A DNA stretch of 64,000 nucleotides from Octopus sinensis. Lineage: Eukaryota. The stretch spans positions 47,244,001 to 47,308,000 of the forward strand of contig NC_042997.1 of assembly GCF_006345805.1 (NCBI RefSeq). Reading direction: 5' to 3'. Position 1 is the stretch's first letter; the number at the start of each line of letters is the position of its first letter. The position numbers were made by a program, and so were the translations under genes. The notes under the pieces were generated by a model. That model worked only from the letters and a program-made list of their open reading frames with translations, did not search any database and was not told the DNA's origin. Positions 53,040 through 64,000 of this stretch are shown here, piece after piece.

Positions 53040-53760
53040 ACGGAGAGTCCCATATAAATGAATTACACAAACCAGCAGTAAACTTCCTATCAGTCATCTA
53101 AAGCTCACAATTGCCAAGTAGCATAATTTAAAAAACATGCAGTAAAACATTAGGTCAAGTTATTAACAGAATAAACCACTTCAATAATACCCACATTCTT
53201 ACCACTACAAGTTGCATGAAGAACAGCATTTAAGCTTTTAAATTTTAATGTAGCACTCACGAAAAGACACTGCAAGGAAAATACAAAATAAAGCAAGATT
53301 CGTACTCATTATGGAGATTAAAAAATCAGCCCTTTCTTTTTGATCTTCGAAGAAACTATACGGACATTTCAAACCTCAAAAGATTTGGCAAAGTTACAAG
53401 CACAAACCCGAAACGTCTAGATTCTGGAGGAACTGTTGTAGTTATCCAGATCTCTTACCACTCATAAAAAACACTACTTAATGTCTAAAATCTGGAAACT
53501 GAGAAAAATCAACAAAAAATTCCAAGCAAAATAGCATTATGCAGACACACCTGTTTTCTTCACCACCCACTACTAATTCCTCAAAAACCCGTCATTGATA
53601 TCATCAACTCACCCATAGCCTCACGCAGTTACAATATTTATTAAGAATATGTCAATGAACAAGTGGCCAACCTACAAGAACAATTATTTATTTTCAATGA
53701 AGTTGACTCACTCGGACAAATGAAAACTATATCATATCGTGTGTATTTTTATTAACCATA
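53040..53760 (+). pseudogene. Penelope-like RT remnant
   Basis: KLYGHFK and PVIDIINSP resemble PLE RT motifs (LYGLPKIHK...RPIIS..NSP). Many stops. Confidence 0.45.
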
Positions 53761-54356
53761 AAACTGTCTTAAACAGAAAATTTGCCCAGTTAGTGTTGTC
53801 AATAGATGACGCTATGTTATCCTCATGACTGACTCCAGAATTCTTGTACACATCACATCATCAGCTTCATGGGTAAAATGACATTAAAAATGACATAATC
53901 ATATTGCCATGATGATATAACCTACGTTGGGGAAGTCTAACACTTTCAATGCTATTAAATTCCATTACAAGGCAATAATGAGTAATCTTTGTAGATCAAA
54001 AGAAGATCAAGGCTAATATTTTAAGATATCGGTAATCCAAGTGTGACACTCATTCCATATGGATTATTAATGTTCATAGTTTGTCTATCTCTTAAGATTT
54101 ATGCTGGTGAATTCTATGTGAAAGTTGTAAAGTAATAATTACATGAATAAAAGTTATCATACAAACGTGATTAAAATATTTCAGAGAAGAGTAAAGCTAA
54201 ACAGTGTAGTTTATTTTAAAGTGCTGTAATTAGGAATTAGTGACAGTTACGTAATGAAATGTTTATACAAGATATAGCTTGACACACACACGCATACACA
54301 CACAAAAAAGAAACGCGCACACATGTATGTTTATAAATATATATATATATCTATTA

Positions 54357-54408
<52 letters not shown>

Positions 54409-54504
54409 GTAGATAGATAGACAGAAAGACAGACAGACAGACAGACAGACAGATATATATATATATATATATATATAGATATATATATATATAGATATAT
54501 ATAT

Positions 54505-54553
<49 letters not shown>

Positions 54554-55105
54554 GAAGAGACACATGAGGGAAAAAGAAAGGTCAAGATGTAAAATGCGGG
54601 ACTGATTTGCAGGGAGAACGAAAAAGAGAAATAGAAAGGAGGATGTAGGAGGACATAAATTTAAATGTCCAAAGATAATGTATTGAGAATCTGCATTCGA
54701 TGAGAATTGGTAAAATGCTGCTGAGGACAACATAGACTAATGTTTCGAGGGAAAGGGGTTTTTAATATAACAAGAAGTGCTTATTATAAGTTTAGAATTT
54801 TGTCACATTTCAAACACTGAATACAGGTAAGCCAATCCAATCGTCACATTACGTAAAGCTGTTTATTGACATCATTATGCAATGGGAGAAGAGATAAATG
54901 ATACTTCAAATAGAGCTGCAAAGAAGCAAATACATACAAAGACATAGATGCATTCAGATGCAGGTAGCTGCGTATGCCTTGCAATGACCAAAGCAAAGAA
55001 TTCAGTTTTCGTCTGTTTCCTCCCTGAATTTATTATTATGTGTGTGTGTGTGTGAGTGTGTGTGTGTGTGTGGGGGTGTGTGAGAGAGAGAGAAAGACCA
55101 AGAGT

Positions 55106-55531
55106 TACTCTTTTAATCTTTTTACTCTTTTACTTGTTTCAGTCATTTGACTGCGGCCATGCTGGAGCACCGCCTTTAGTCGAGCAAATCGACCCCGGGA
55201 CTTATTCTTTGTAAGCCCAGTACTTATTCTATGGGTCTCTTTTGCCGAACCGATAAGTGACAGGGACGTAAACACACCAACATCGGTTGTCAAGCAATGC
55301 TAGAGGGACAAACACAGACACACAAACATATACACACACATACACACATATATATATATACATATATACGACAGGCTTCTTTCAGTTTCCGTCTACCAAA
55401 TCCACTCACAAGGCTTTGGTCGGCCCGAGGCTATAGCAGAAGACACTTGCCCAAGATGCCACGCAGTGGGACTGAACCCGGAACCATGTGGTTGGTTAGC
55501 AAGCTACTTACCACACAGCCACTCCTGCGCC
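55106..55531 (-). mobile_element. SINE family B, full length (CORE-like box CTTGGGCAAGT)
   Basis: Head GGCGCAGGAGTGGCTGTGTGG...GGTTCAGTCCC, internal (TA)/(TG) run and tail GGCGGTGCTCCAGCATGGCC...(GTAAAAGA)n. Confidence 0.88.
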
Positions 55532-55971
55532 TATATTTGTGATATTTGTTATGGCATAGAGCTGGTCAGGGTGTTTCCATAGGTTTGGCGTATGCAAATT
55601 TAACAAGTTTGAATTTCTGTGTGAAGAGACACAGATTAAAGAAATCCTATACATGCTTTACGCATGTATGTAACTATTAAGACGTTATTATATTTATACT
55701 AATATCATTATGATTAATATTCATTATTATATTCGTAATGCATTCCCCATTCTATAAAGAATCTCGTGCAAAATGACATTTTCAATAAACCAAATTCTCT
55801 GAAATTTCAACAAGTATGTATTACTTTCATTTGAACTAAAACATGTACATTGATACATTTGAACATAGGAATCTGCAAATGTGCTTCACGACGACACAGT
55901 TTGGAATGTAACCCCTTCAAAATGTTTAATTCATCAGTATTAGACAATTTGAACGTCTCAAGAGCAATTAC

Positions 55972-56062
55972 ATAATGCCATTTGACTCATCCGATCCAAA
56001 GTCAGACACTATAACGCTATCAGGATCTGATCGTGATGCTTCACCAAGTACCTGATTGTATC
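55972..56062 (-). CDS. Candidate extracellular exon ([29 protein letters not shown])
   Basis: Acceptor ATTTACAG and donor AT|GTAATT; 91 nt, phase 1-2. The frame closes right at the donor. Confidence 0.55.
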
Positions 56063-56140
56063 CTGTAAATTATATGTGTGTGTGTGTCTGTGTGCGTGTG
56101 TGTATGTATATATGTATATAATATATATATGTATGTATGC

Positions 56141-56211
<71 letters not shown>

Positions 56212-56216
56212 ATATA

Positions 56217-56296
<80 letters not shown>

Positions 56297-56920
56297 TAAT
56301 ATAGGATAAAATTTTATAAAATAGCCAGCATATTAAAACAATTCCTTTAAGGGCAAAAGAAACAAAATTCAATGCCAAATATGCCCAGATAAGCTTAATC
56401 TTCAATAACCATATAATTTATCACCATAAGCACGCGTTTCGAATGCAAACCGAGTGAAAGTTCTAAAAAAATGTTTTCGTTATCATCGGATCGGTCCCAA
56501 TTTCTGAGTTAATTCATTTAGAAATTTCTCGTCATCAGCGATAAATACGATAATAAAATAAATGAGATACTTACTTGTACCCATGGAAGAAGAAAACACT
56601 AAGTCATGAGCACAATTAAGTACCCCAATTGGACGAGTGTCCTTTACTATAGCCTCGGTCCGACAAATTGAAAAAAAGTCCGTCGTATATATGCGCATGT
56701 ATGTAATTGTGTATCTGTATTTGTCCCCCACCCACCGTCGCTTGACCACCGATATTGGTGTATTTACGTCCCCGTAACATAGCAGTTCGGCAAAAGGTAC
56801 GACAGAATAACTACTATGCTTACAAAAAATGGGTGCTGAAGTCGATTTGTTCGACTAAAGGCGGTGCTCCCCATGTCAGCAGTCAAATGACTGAAACAAT
56901 TAAAAGAATATATATATATA

Positions 56921-57313
56921 GGCGCAGGAGTGGCTGTGTGGTAAGTAGCTTGCTAACCAACCACATGGTTCCGGGTTCAGTCCCACTGCGTGGCATCTTG
57001 GGCAAGTGTCTTCTGCTATAGCCCCGGGCCGACCAATGCCTTGTGAGTGGATTTGGTAGACGGAAACTGAAAGAAGTCGTATATATGTATATATATATAT
57101 AAGTGTGTGTGTCTGTGTTTGTCCCCCTAGCATTGCTTGACAACCGATGCTGGTTGTCCCCGTCACTTAGCGGTTCGGCAAAAGAGACCGATAGAATAAT
57201 TACTGGGCTTACAAAGAATAAGTCCTGGGGTCGATTTGCTCGACTAAAGGCGGTGCTCCAGCATGGCCGCAGTCAAATGACTGAAACAAGTAAAAGAGTA
57301 AAAGAGTAAAGAG
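56921..57313 (+). mobile_element. SINE family B, full length; partial copies adjacent (56625-56905, 57340-57505)
   Basis: Nearly identical to the reverse complement of 55106-55531. Confidence 0.88.
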
Positions 57314-57504
57314 AATATATATGCATATATATATATGCATGCACGTCAAACTTCTTTCAGTTTCCGTCTACAAAATCCTACTCACAAAGCTTTGTTCGGA
57401 CCGAGGCTGTAGTAGAAGGCATCAGTCTTAGTTGGCACGCAGTGGGTCTGAACCAGAAACCATGTGGCCGGGAAGCAGACTTCTTACCAAAGCCACAACT
57501 ACCA

Positions 57505-58660
57505 TTTATGTATGTATGTATGTATGTATGTATGTATGTATGTATGTATGTATGTATGTATGTATGTGTGTATGTATGTATGTATGTATGTATGTATGCA
57601 TGTATGTATGTATGTATGTATGTATGTATGTATGTATGTATGTATGCATGCATGTATGTATGTATGTGAGTATGTATGTATGTGAGTATGTATGTATGTA
57701 TGTATGTATGTATGTATGTATGTATGTATGCATGTATGTATGTATGTATGTATGCATGTATGTATGTATGTATGTATGTATGTATGCATGCATGCATGTA
57801 TGTATGTATGTGAGTATGTATGTATGTATGTATGTATGTATGTATGCATGTATGTATGTATGTATGTATGTGAGTATGTATGTATGTATGTATGTATGTA
57901 TGTATGTATGTATGTATGTGTGTATGTATGCATTGATGCATGTATGTATGTATGTATGTATGTATGTATGTATGTATGTGAGTATGTATGTATGTATGTG
58001 AGTATGTATGTATGTATGTATGTATGTATGTATGTATGTATGTATGTATGTATGTATGTGAGTATGTATGTATGTATGTATGTATGTATGTATGTATGTG
58101 AGTAGTATGATGTATGTATGTATGTATGTATGTATGTATGTATGTATGTGTGTATGTATGCATTGATGCATGTATGTATGTATGTATGTATGTATGTATG
58201 TATGTATGTATGTATGTGAGTATGTATGTATGTATGTGAGTATGTATGTATGTATGTATGTATGTATGTATGTATGTATGTATGTATGTATATATGTATG
58301 TATGTATGTGAGTATGTATGTATGTATGTATGTATGTGATGTATGTGAGTATGTATGTAGGTAGTATGTGAGTATGTAAGTATGTATGTATGTATGTATG
58401 TATGTATGTATGTATGTATGTATGTGTGTGTGTATGTATGTATGTATGCATATATGTATGTATGTATGCATGTATGCATGTATGTATGTATGTATGTATG
58501 TATGCATGTATGTATGTATGTATGTATGTATGTATGCATGTATGTATGTATGTAAGTATGTATGTATGTATGTATGTATGTATGTATGTATGCATGTAGT
58601 ATGTATGTATGTATGTATGCATGTGTGTATGTATGTATGTATGTATGTATGTATGTATGT
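57505..58660. repeat. ~1.15-kb (TATG)n microsatellite
   Basis: Seen directly. Explains the MYVC and IHTY ORFs. Confidence 0.97.
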
Positions 58661-58751
58661 ATTGACACAAAGCACGTTCAAATATTAAGATATTAAGTAA
58701 TGATGATACAAACATATACAAAAATAACTGATGATTGCAAAAGACATTTAC

Positions 58752-58787
58752 CGGGTGTTTCTGTTTCTTTGTAGGTTTTGATCGATT
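58752..58787 (-). CDS. Candidate 36-nt exon (SIKTYKETETP)
   Basis: Strong acceptor TTTTCTTTTTCTTATATTTGTAG and donor CG|GTAAAT. Phase 1-1; G|GA gives Gly with exon 55972-56062. Confidence 0.5.
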
Positions 58788-59010
58788 CTACAAATATAAG
58801 AAAAAGAAAATAGCAAATAGCAGGACATTCGACTTAGGTTCTTATTGAATAATATCTGATATTTTTTTTTAAAACGTGATATAAAGTTACAGAGGTTTGT
58901 ATTACATGTAAAATATAAAATATAAACAAACATACCCATACATTGACCCATATATGCATATAAAAACACACATGTACACACACATTTCTGTATATACATG
59001 TATATATATG

Positions 59011-59065
<55 letters not shown>

Positions 59066-59114
59066 AATATGTATATATATATATATATATGTATATTGTT
59101 TGTTTTTGTTTTTT

Positions 59115-59327
59115 GTTTTTCCAGTTTCAGCTCTTGAGCTGTGGCCATGCTGGGGCACCGCCATTGTGGTGAAAGAGTACAGCAGGGATCACCACCCCCT
59201 GCCAGAGCCTCGTAGAGCTTTTTAGGTGTTTTCGCTCAATAAACACACACAACGCCCAGTCTGAGAATCGAAACCGCGATCCTGCGACCGCGAGTCCGCT
59301 GCCCTAACCACTAGGCCATTGCGCCTC

Positions 59328-59328
<1 letters not shown>
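59115..59328 (-). mobile_element. Chimeric SINE: family A head joined to a family B/CR1-type tail
   Basis: Family A 5' ~165 nt (59164-59328), then GGCGGTGCCCCAGCATGGCCACAGCTCAAGAGCTGAAAC. Confidence 0.6.
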
Positions 59329-59365
<37 letters not shown>

Positions 59366-59366
59366 T

Positions 59367-59644
59367 ATAAATGAAAGAATGGAGTTGAACGACGATTTAA
59401 CAAAATTCCTTTATTCTCGACATATGTTTCGAAGACTGCATATTCCTAATTACGAAGGAATAAGGGGTGCATTATGCCGCCTTCTCATCAGGAAAGACAA
59501 GGAACTTATGTCAGCATCATGATGAACAAAAACTTTTAGATGACTGCCCACACGGAGTCCATAGCGATTATCGCTATGGACTCCGTGTGGGCAGTCATAA
59601 AGAAATTTTGTTAAATCGTCGTTCAACTCCATTCTTTCATTTAT
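59367..59644. repeat. 278-bp element with 48-bp inverted arms and an internal perfect 59-bp palindrome
   Basis: 59367-59414 versus 59597-59644 (one mismatch); 29-bp arms at 59540-59568 and 59570-59598. Confidence 0.93.
59415..59495 (-). ncRNA. Type I hammerhead ribozyme motif, canonical core
   Basis: TTTC-CTGATGA-GAAGGC...GTCTTC-GAAA-CATATG-TC|GAGA. Palindromic stem III ACATATGT, GUC triplet, AATAAA just downstream. Confidence 0.8.
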
Positions 59645-59845
59645 TTGTATTAAAAAAAACATACAAATTTCCACACGAAAGCACGTGATCTCTTCCCTTG
59701 GCATGTAGCTTCAACCGTGTTTTTCTGACGTGAATTTTCTACCCGGGTATCGGTTAACCGAATTATCCATACTAGGATAATTTATTCAACTACTTAAATA
59801 TATATATATATATATATATATATTATTTATTTATACACACACACA

Positions 59846-59917
<72 letters not shown>

Positions 59918-61819
59918 CTATATATATATATATATATATAAATATATGCATGCATAAATATAAAGATACATACGCATGTGCGTGTGTGCGAGAAAAATTG
60001 AGAGAAAGAGGGAGAGAGATAAAGAAAGATAATAAAACTGAGAGAGATGAGAATATGTGTATAGACACAGTACAATTATGATTGTGCCTTTACATGCAGA
60101 TTTGTGTTGTAAAAGTGAACAATAATAATAATAATAATAATATTGAATTAAATGAAATAGTTTGTCTGTTACGAAATATAACTCAGTGAAGTAACATATA
60201 ATGCCAGAAGAGTATTATACTAATCACACTATCTCGAATTGCGACGCCAGATATACGAAATCATGTCTAACATAATGGTCAATATTCATATTCAAAATGA
60301 TTAATATTCATTGTGATTGTGGAGGTCAAGACACATTGATAAGAAAGTGAAGTTCTGCATGCTTTAATGTCGCATCATTTCATTAGCAATTTAACTGAAT
60401 TACCATCATGTAGATGCTTAGAATAAATACTTATCTCCTATAACATCGACCGATGTTTGCAAATCTTTCTCTGACAATTTAATATATTTTGTCGAGTAAA
60501 AAGTAGAATTTATTGTCGAGTAAAAGTACCATTATTTGTTACGTACTGCTATCGTATTTAATCCAAAGCAATTTTAAATTGCTTTAGTTTATGTTCACTT
60601 TTATCAACTATCTTTATTGATATTTCTTTTATGGTTTCTTTAAATGGGAATTTCATATATTGAATTCAAATAAATTTATGAAACAACATGTATTTATAGT
60701 TGTTTCTTTTTTCTCTAAGATTTGTAATAAATTGCCATTCGTAAATTATTCATAGGTAGTTTTTCTTTATGATTAGTGTATCTGAAACTGATGCATTATT
60801 ACTGATGGCAATACCAAATTAACATTTTACAAATTTTCCAGTTTAAAACTATTTCTTTGATTTTTTTATGGGCCTATCACTCATCAAATTTAGTTGAATC
60901 TACTTCCAAGATCTTTGCACAATTACATTGTCTTCCAATTTTAAAATTCAATTATCTAATGCAAAGTTTCTTTGTAGAAAAACAAAGAAATAGAATGAAT
61001 TATTTAGGCGGCAGATCCGGAGATTTTCCTCAAAGATATGTCAGTTGATGAAATATGTATTATGTACTTGCGTCTGAAACAGTTTATACAAACTGCTTTA
61101 TCGTAAATTTATAAAAAATATTGCTGCTTTCAGTGTAGTTTGGAACTATGTTGAAACTATCTATTTGTTTAGGAATAATAAACAAGCGGTATTGAAACTG
61201 ATAGAAAAAGAGTGTTGATGTAACTGGCAGAAATCTTTCAATATTTAAGACGAAGCTAATTGACTGAAAACTAATTATCATATTTAGAATAAATCTTCTC
61301 ACATATTATGATATTAACGAATATTTTTCATATTTAAATTTCATAATTAACCTTCATCATCTCACTTTGAAATTTCTATGTATTCCTAACATTTCTATGA
61401 AAGATAATGAATGATTAATTATAAATTGATTTAGCTATAAATTTTAGATATTTATATCATTATTTTAAATTTTTGCTGCGCAATAAATGAGGAAAATAAT
61501 TACTTCATAAAAACTTTTCCTTGTGAATGTAACACTCTCATGAGTTATTCGCTACGAACTTTGGAAAAAATACTTGCACAATTTCTCATATTATGGGAAA
61601 CCGATTTATATGTTGCTAGCAGATTTATTAAAACTAAAACTTGTCGTATAATTGCACACGTACACACAGAAACACACACACACAAGCACATATGCACACA
61701 CACACACACACACACACTCACAGCGAGAGAGAAATGTTTGGGAGGAACAGACAGACAAGCACACATATATAAACACACATATATAGACATATATAGACAG
61801 ACAGATACCTAGCTAGCTA

Positions 61820-61825
61820 GCTAGC

Positions 61826-61924
<99 letters not shown>

Positions 61925-61925
61925 G

Positions 61926-61977
<52 letters not shown>

Positions 61978-61990
61978 GAGATAGATAGAT
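61820..61990. repeat. (GATA)n microsatellite (others at 54350-54555 and 49560-49605)
   Basis: Seen directly. Confidence 0.95.
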
Positions 61991-62520
61991 AAATAGTAGA
62001 AGTTTAGGACATCACTATACTTGGTTCCGTCTTTTACGGTCATAACTCCGTGTGATTGTGATGATAAAACGATTTCATTAGAATATAAGACTTTACATAG
62101 AAAAAAAAGACAGGAAGCATTCTAATGTGATACATATGCTTCATTGGATACTAATAATGAAATATGGACAAAATATAATATAATTTAATTAATAAAATTT
62201 GGAATAAATACTTATAACTTTAGATTATTGGGGCATATGGAAGTTATATAATTGTGTTAGCATTATAACAACGCTCATGCGGAAGCACACACCACATACC
62301 CATGCACACTCAGATATATGTGCATTAATATACGAATATATGTATGTGTATATTCACACATATACACACATATATACTGTATATATATATTTATATACAT
62401 ATACACACATATATATATGTATATATATATATATATATATATGAGGCACCAAAGTGTACACACGCCACTACATGTATTTTAAAAAGAATATAAAAAGGGA
62501 GAAGATAAAACAAGGGCGGT

Positions 62521-63139
62521 TCATTCGGAGCTTTCTTTCGTCAGTCTAGTTCCAGATTAGATTTGCAGTTTCGGCTGGTTGTACTCGAGACTACTCCAAT
62601 CTGGCCAACTCTTTTTTCTTGCGCCCCGCCTCTGTCACATTTCCTGGCTTTCCCTTCATTCTCACCTTCCCTCTTCTTTCAGTTCACTCTGTCCCTTTTC
62701 TCTTTTTCTCGCCCCTCTCTAATTCTTCTAGCCCTCTACCTCTACCTCTCTCCTCTCCTTCCACGTGACTGGGTTTCTGCCAAGCCTGACTTTTCTTCCT
62801 TGGTTCGACTACTATCCGTGCAACATTTATATTCCTTCCCATGCCCCTCATCTATTATGTCCCTGTCGTAAAGCTTCACTTCCACACACGCCAGCTTAAT
62901 TTAATTCGTCCTTAGTCGAAAGACACCTGTTGTTAATATCCTGCTGTTTGCATTTGTATAGGTGTACCATTTCTCCGTTTTTTGTGTCCTTGTTTTCGTA
63001 TACATTCGCTGCTTTCTTCCAAGGAATCTAGTGCTCTTAGCTTAGATTTTCCTTGGGGCTAGCCAGCTGTCTCGAGTATAACCAGCCGAAACTGAAAATC
63101 TAATCTGGAATTCAACTGACGAAAGAAAACTCCGAATGA
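62521..63139. repeat. Element with ~70-bp inverted arms (62521-62591, 63069-63139)
   Basis: TCATTCGGAGCTTTCTTTCGTCAG...CGGCTGGTTGTACTCGAGAC and its reverse complement. Confidence 0.75.
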
Positions 63140-63862
63140 CACATCCTTGTTTTTTCTTGTCCCTTTTTTGTATCATCTAACTGTCTGGATGTTTTGCGTT
63201 CTTGTCCTATTTTTTTAAGTGATTTAGGGCGCTAGTCAGCACCGGCGTTGCTAGAAATGAATGTCAAAACAACTCTTAACCATTTGAGAGCCCTTATCTA
63301 GCCACTGACAAGGGAGACAAGCTCCGTACGGCAAGCGGGATGGAGTCATATCATCGATGATTTCAGATCTGATTAATCTTCGTCAGTGACCCGTTACTCT
63401 GTCGCTGAGGGTTCAAAACGTAATTCACCTTGTCAGTCTTATGAAGAACTCCGTAGGAAACATTGACTGATTCCGAAAATAGTGAAGGGAGAATTATAAA
63501 TTATGAAGGTGCCTAATCGCAATTTACAACCGAAAGGCACCAGTATAGACGTCACTAAAGTAACCGAGGTTGCTAGTCACCACCAGCATTGCTAGAAATA
63601 AGAGTCAAATCAACACTTAGCCACCTTATATCATTTATCTAAAGACTGACAAGGGAGACAATCTCCCTACGATATATGTTTGCGTGTATGTATATATTAG
63701 ACGCATGTATTTATGTATGTAAGTAGGCATGTATAAGAACACCCAAACGTACAACGAAACTGACTCTAGACCAAGTTATATACAACACAGATGCAAAATA
63801 AAAGAGATATCACTACACGAAAATTAAACTTACGCTTACACACACGTTCACTTAGTTGAATT

Positions 63863-64000
63863 TGGAAGCACTCCGTCGGTTACGACGACTAGGGTTCCGG
63901 TTGATCCGATCAACGGAACAGCCTGCTCGTGAAATTAACGTGTAAGTGGCTGAGCACTCCACAGACACGTGTACCCTTAACGCAGTTCCCGGGGATATTC
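63863..64000 (-). mobile_element. SINE family A 3' end (runs off the window)
   Basis: Matches 574-720. Confidence 0.85.

Noticed and set aside
56483-56749. 88-aa minus ORF with a GTAAGT donor near 56575
   Set aside because: Half of it is SINE B sequence and no convincing acceptor was found.
61084-61302. 72-aa minus ORF with a TTTTCAG acceptor as an upstream exon
   Set aside because: No credible phase-1 donor, and the composition resembles AT-rich background.

Overview
AT-rich, repeat-dense eukaryotic DNA. It is probably cephalopod (Octopus-like); this is an inference from the tRNA-derived SINE families, the dense TA/TATG/GATA/AAT microsatellites and the LINE, mariner and Penelope content. 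Nearly all ORFs in the supplied track are microsatellite artefacts. What the sequence supports: (1) a near-full-length CR1-type LINE (9.7-13.6 kb) with endonuclease, an uninterrupted 499-aa RT frame and an ORF1 with two CCCH fingers, plus a 5'-truncated relative at 23.7-25.0 kb; (2) two mariner fossils, one with both TIRs and a TA TSD; (3) RTE, R4/Dong-like and Penelope-like remnants and a small Helitron-like element; (4) three SINE families (called A, B, C here); (5) a ~1.76-kb tandem duplication; (6) several short, phase-compatible minus-strand exons that join into an unidentified single-pass membrane protein. The most striking observation is a hammerhead ribozyme with a fully canonical core (59415-59495, minus strand) inside an inverted-repeat element. 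Variant hammerhead-like motifs recur in three other short repeat families. The LINE and SINE-B 3' ends share a motif followed by a stem-loop whose sequence varies while pairing is kept. No CRISPR, rRNA or true tRNA genes were seen. All calls come from manual reading; no databases or folding programs were run.
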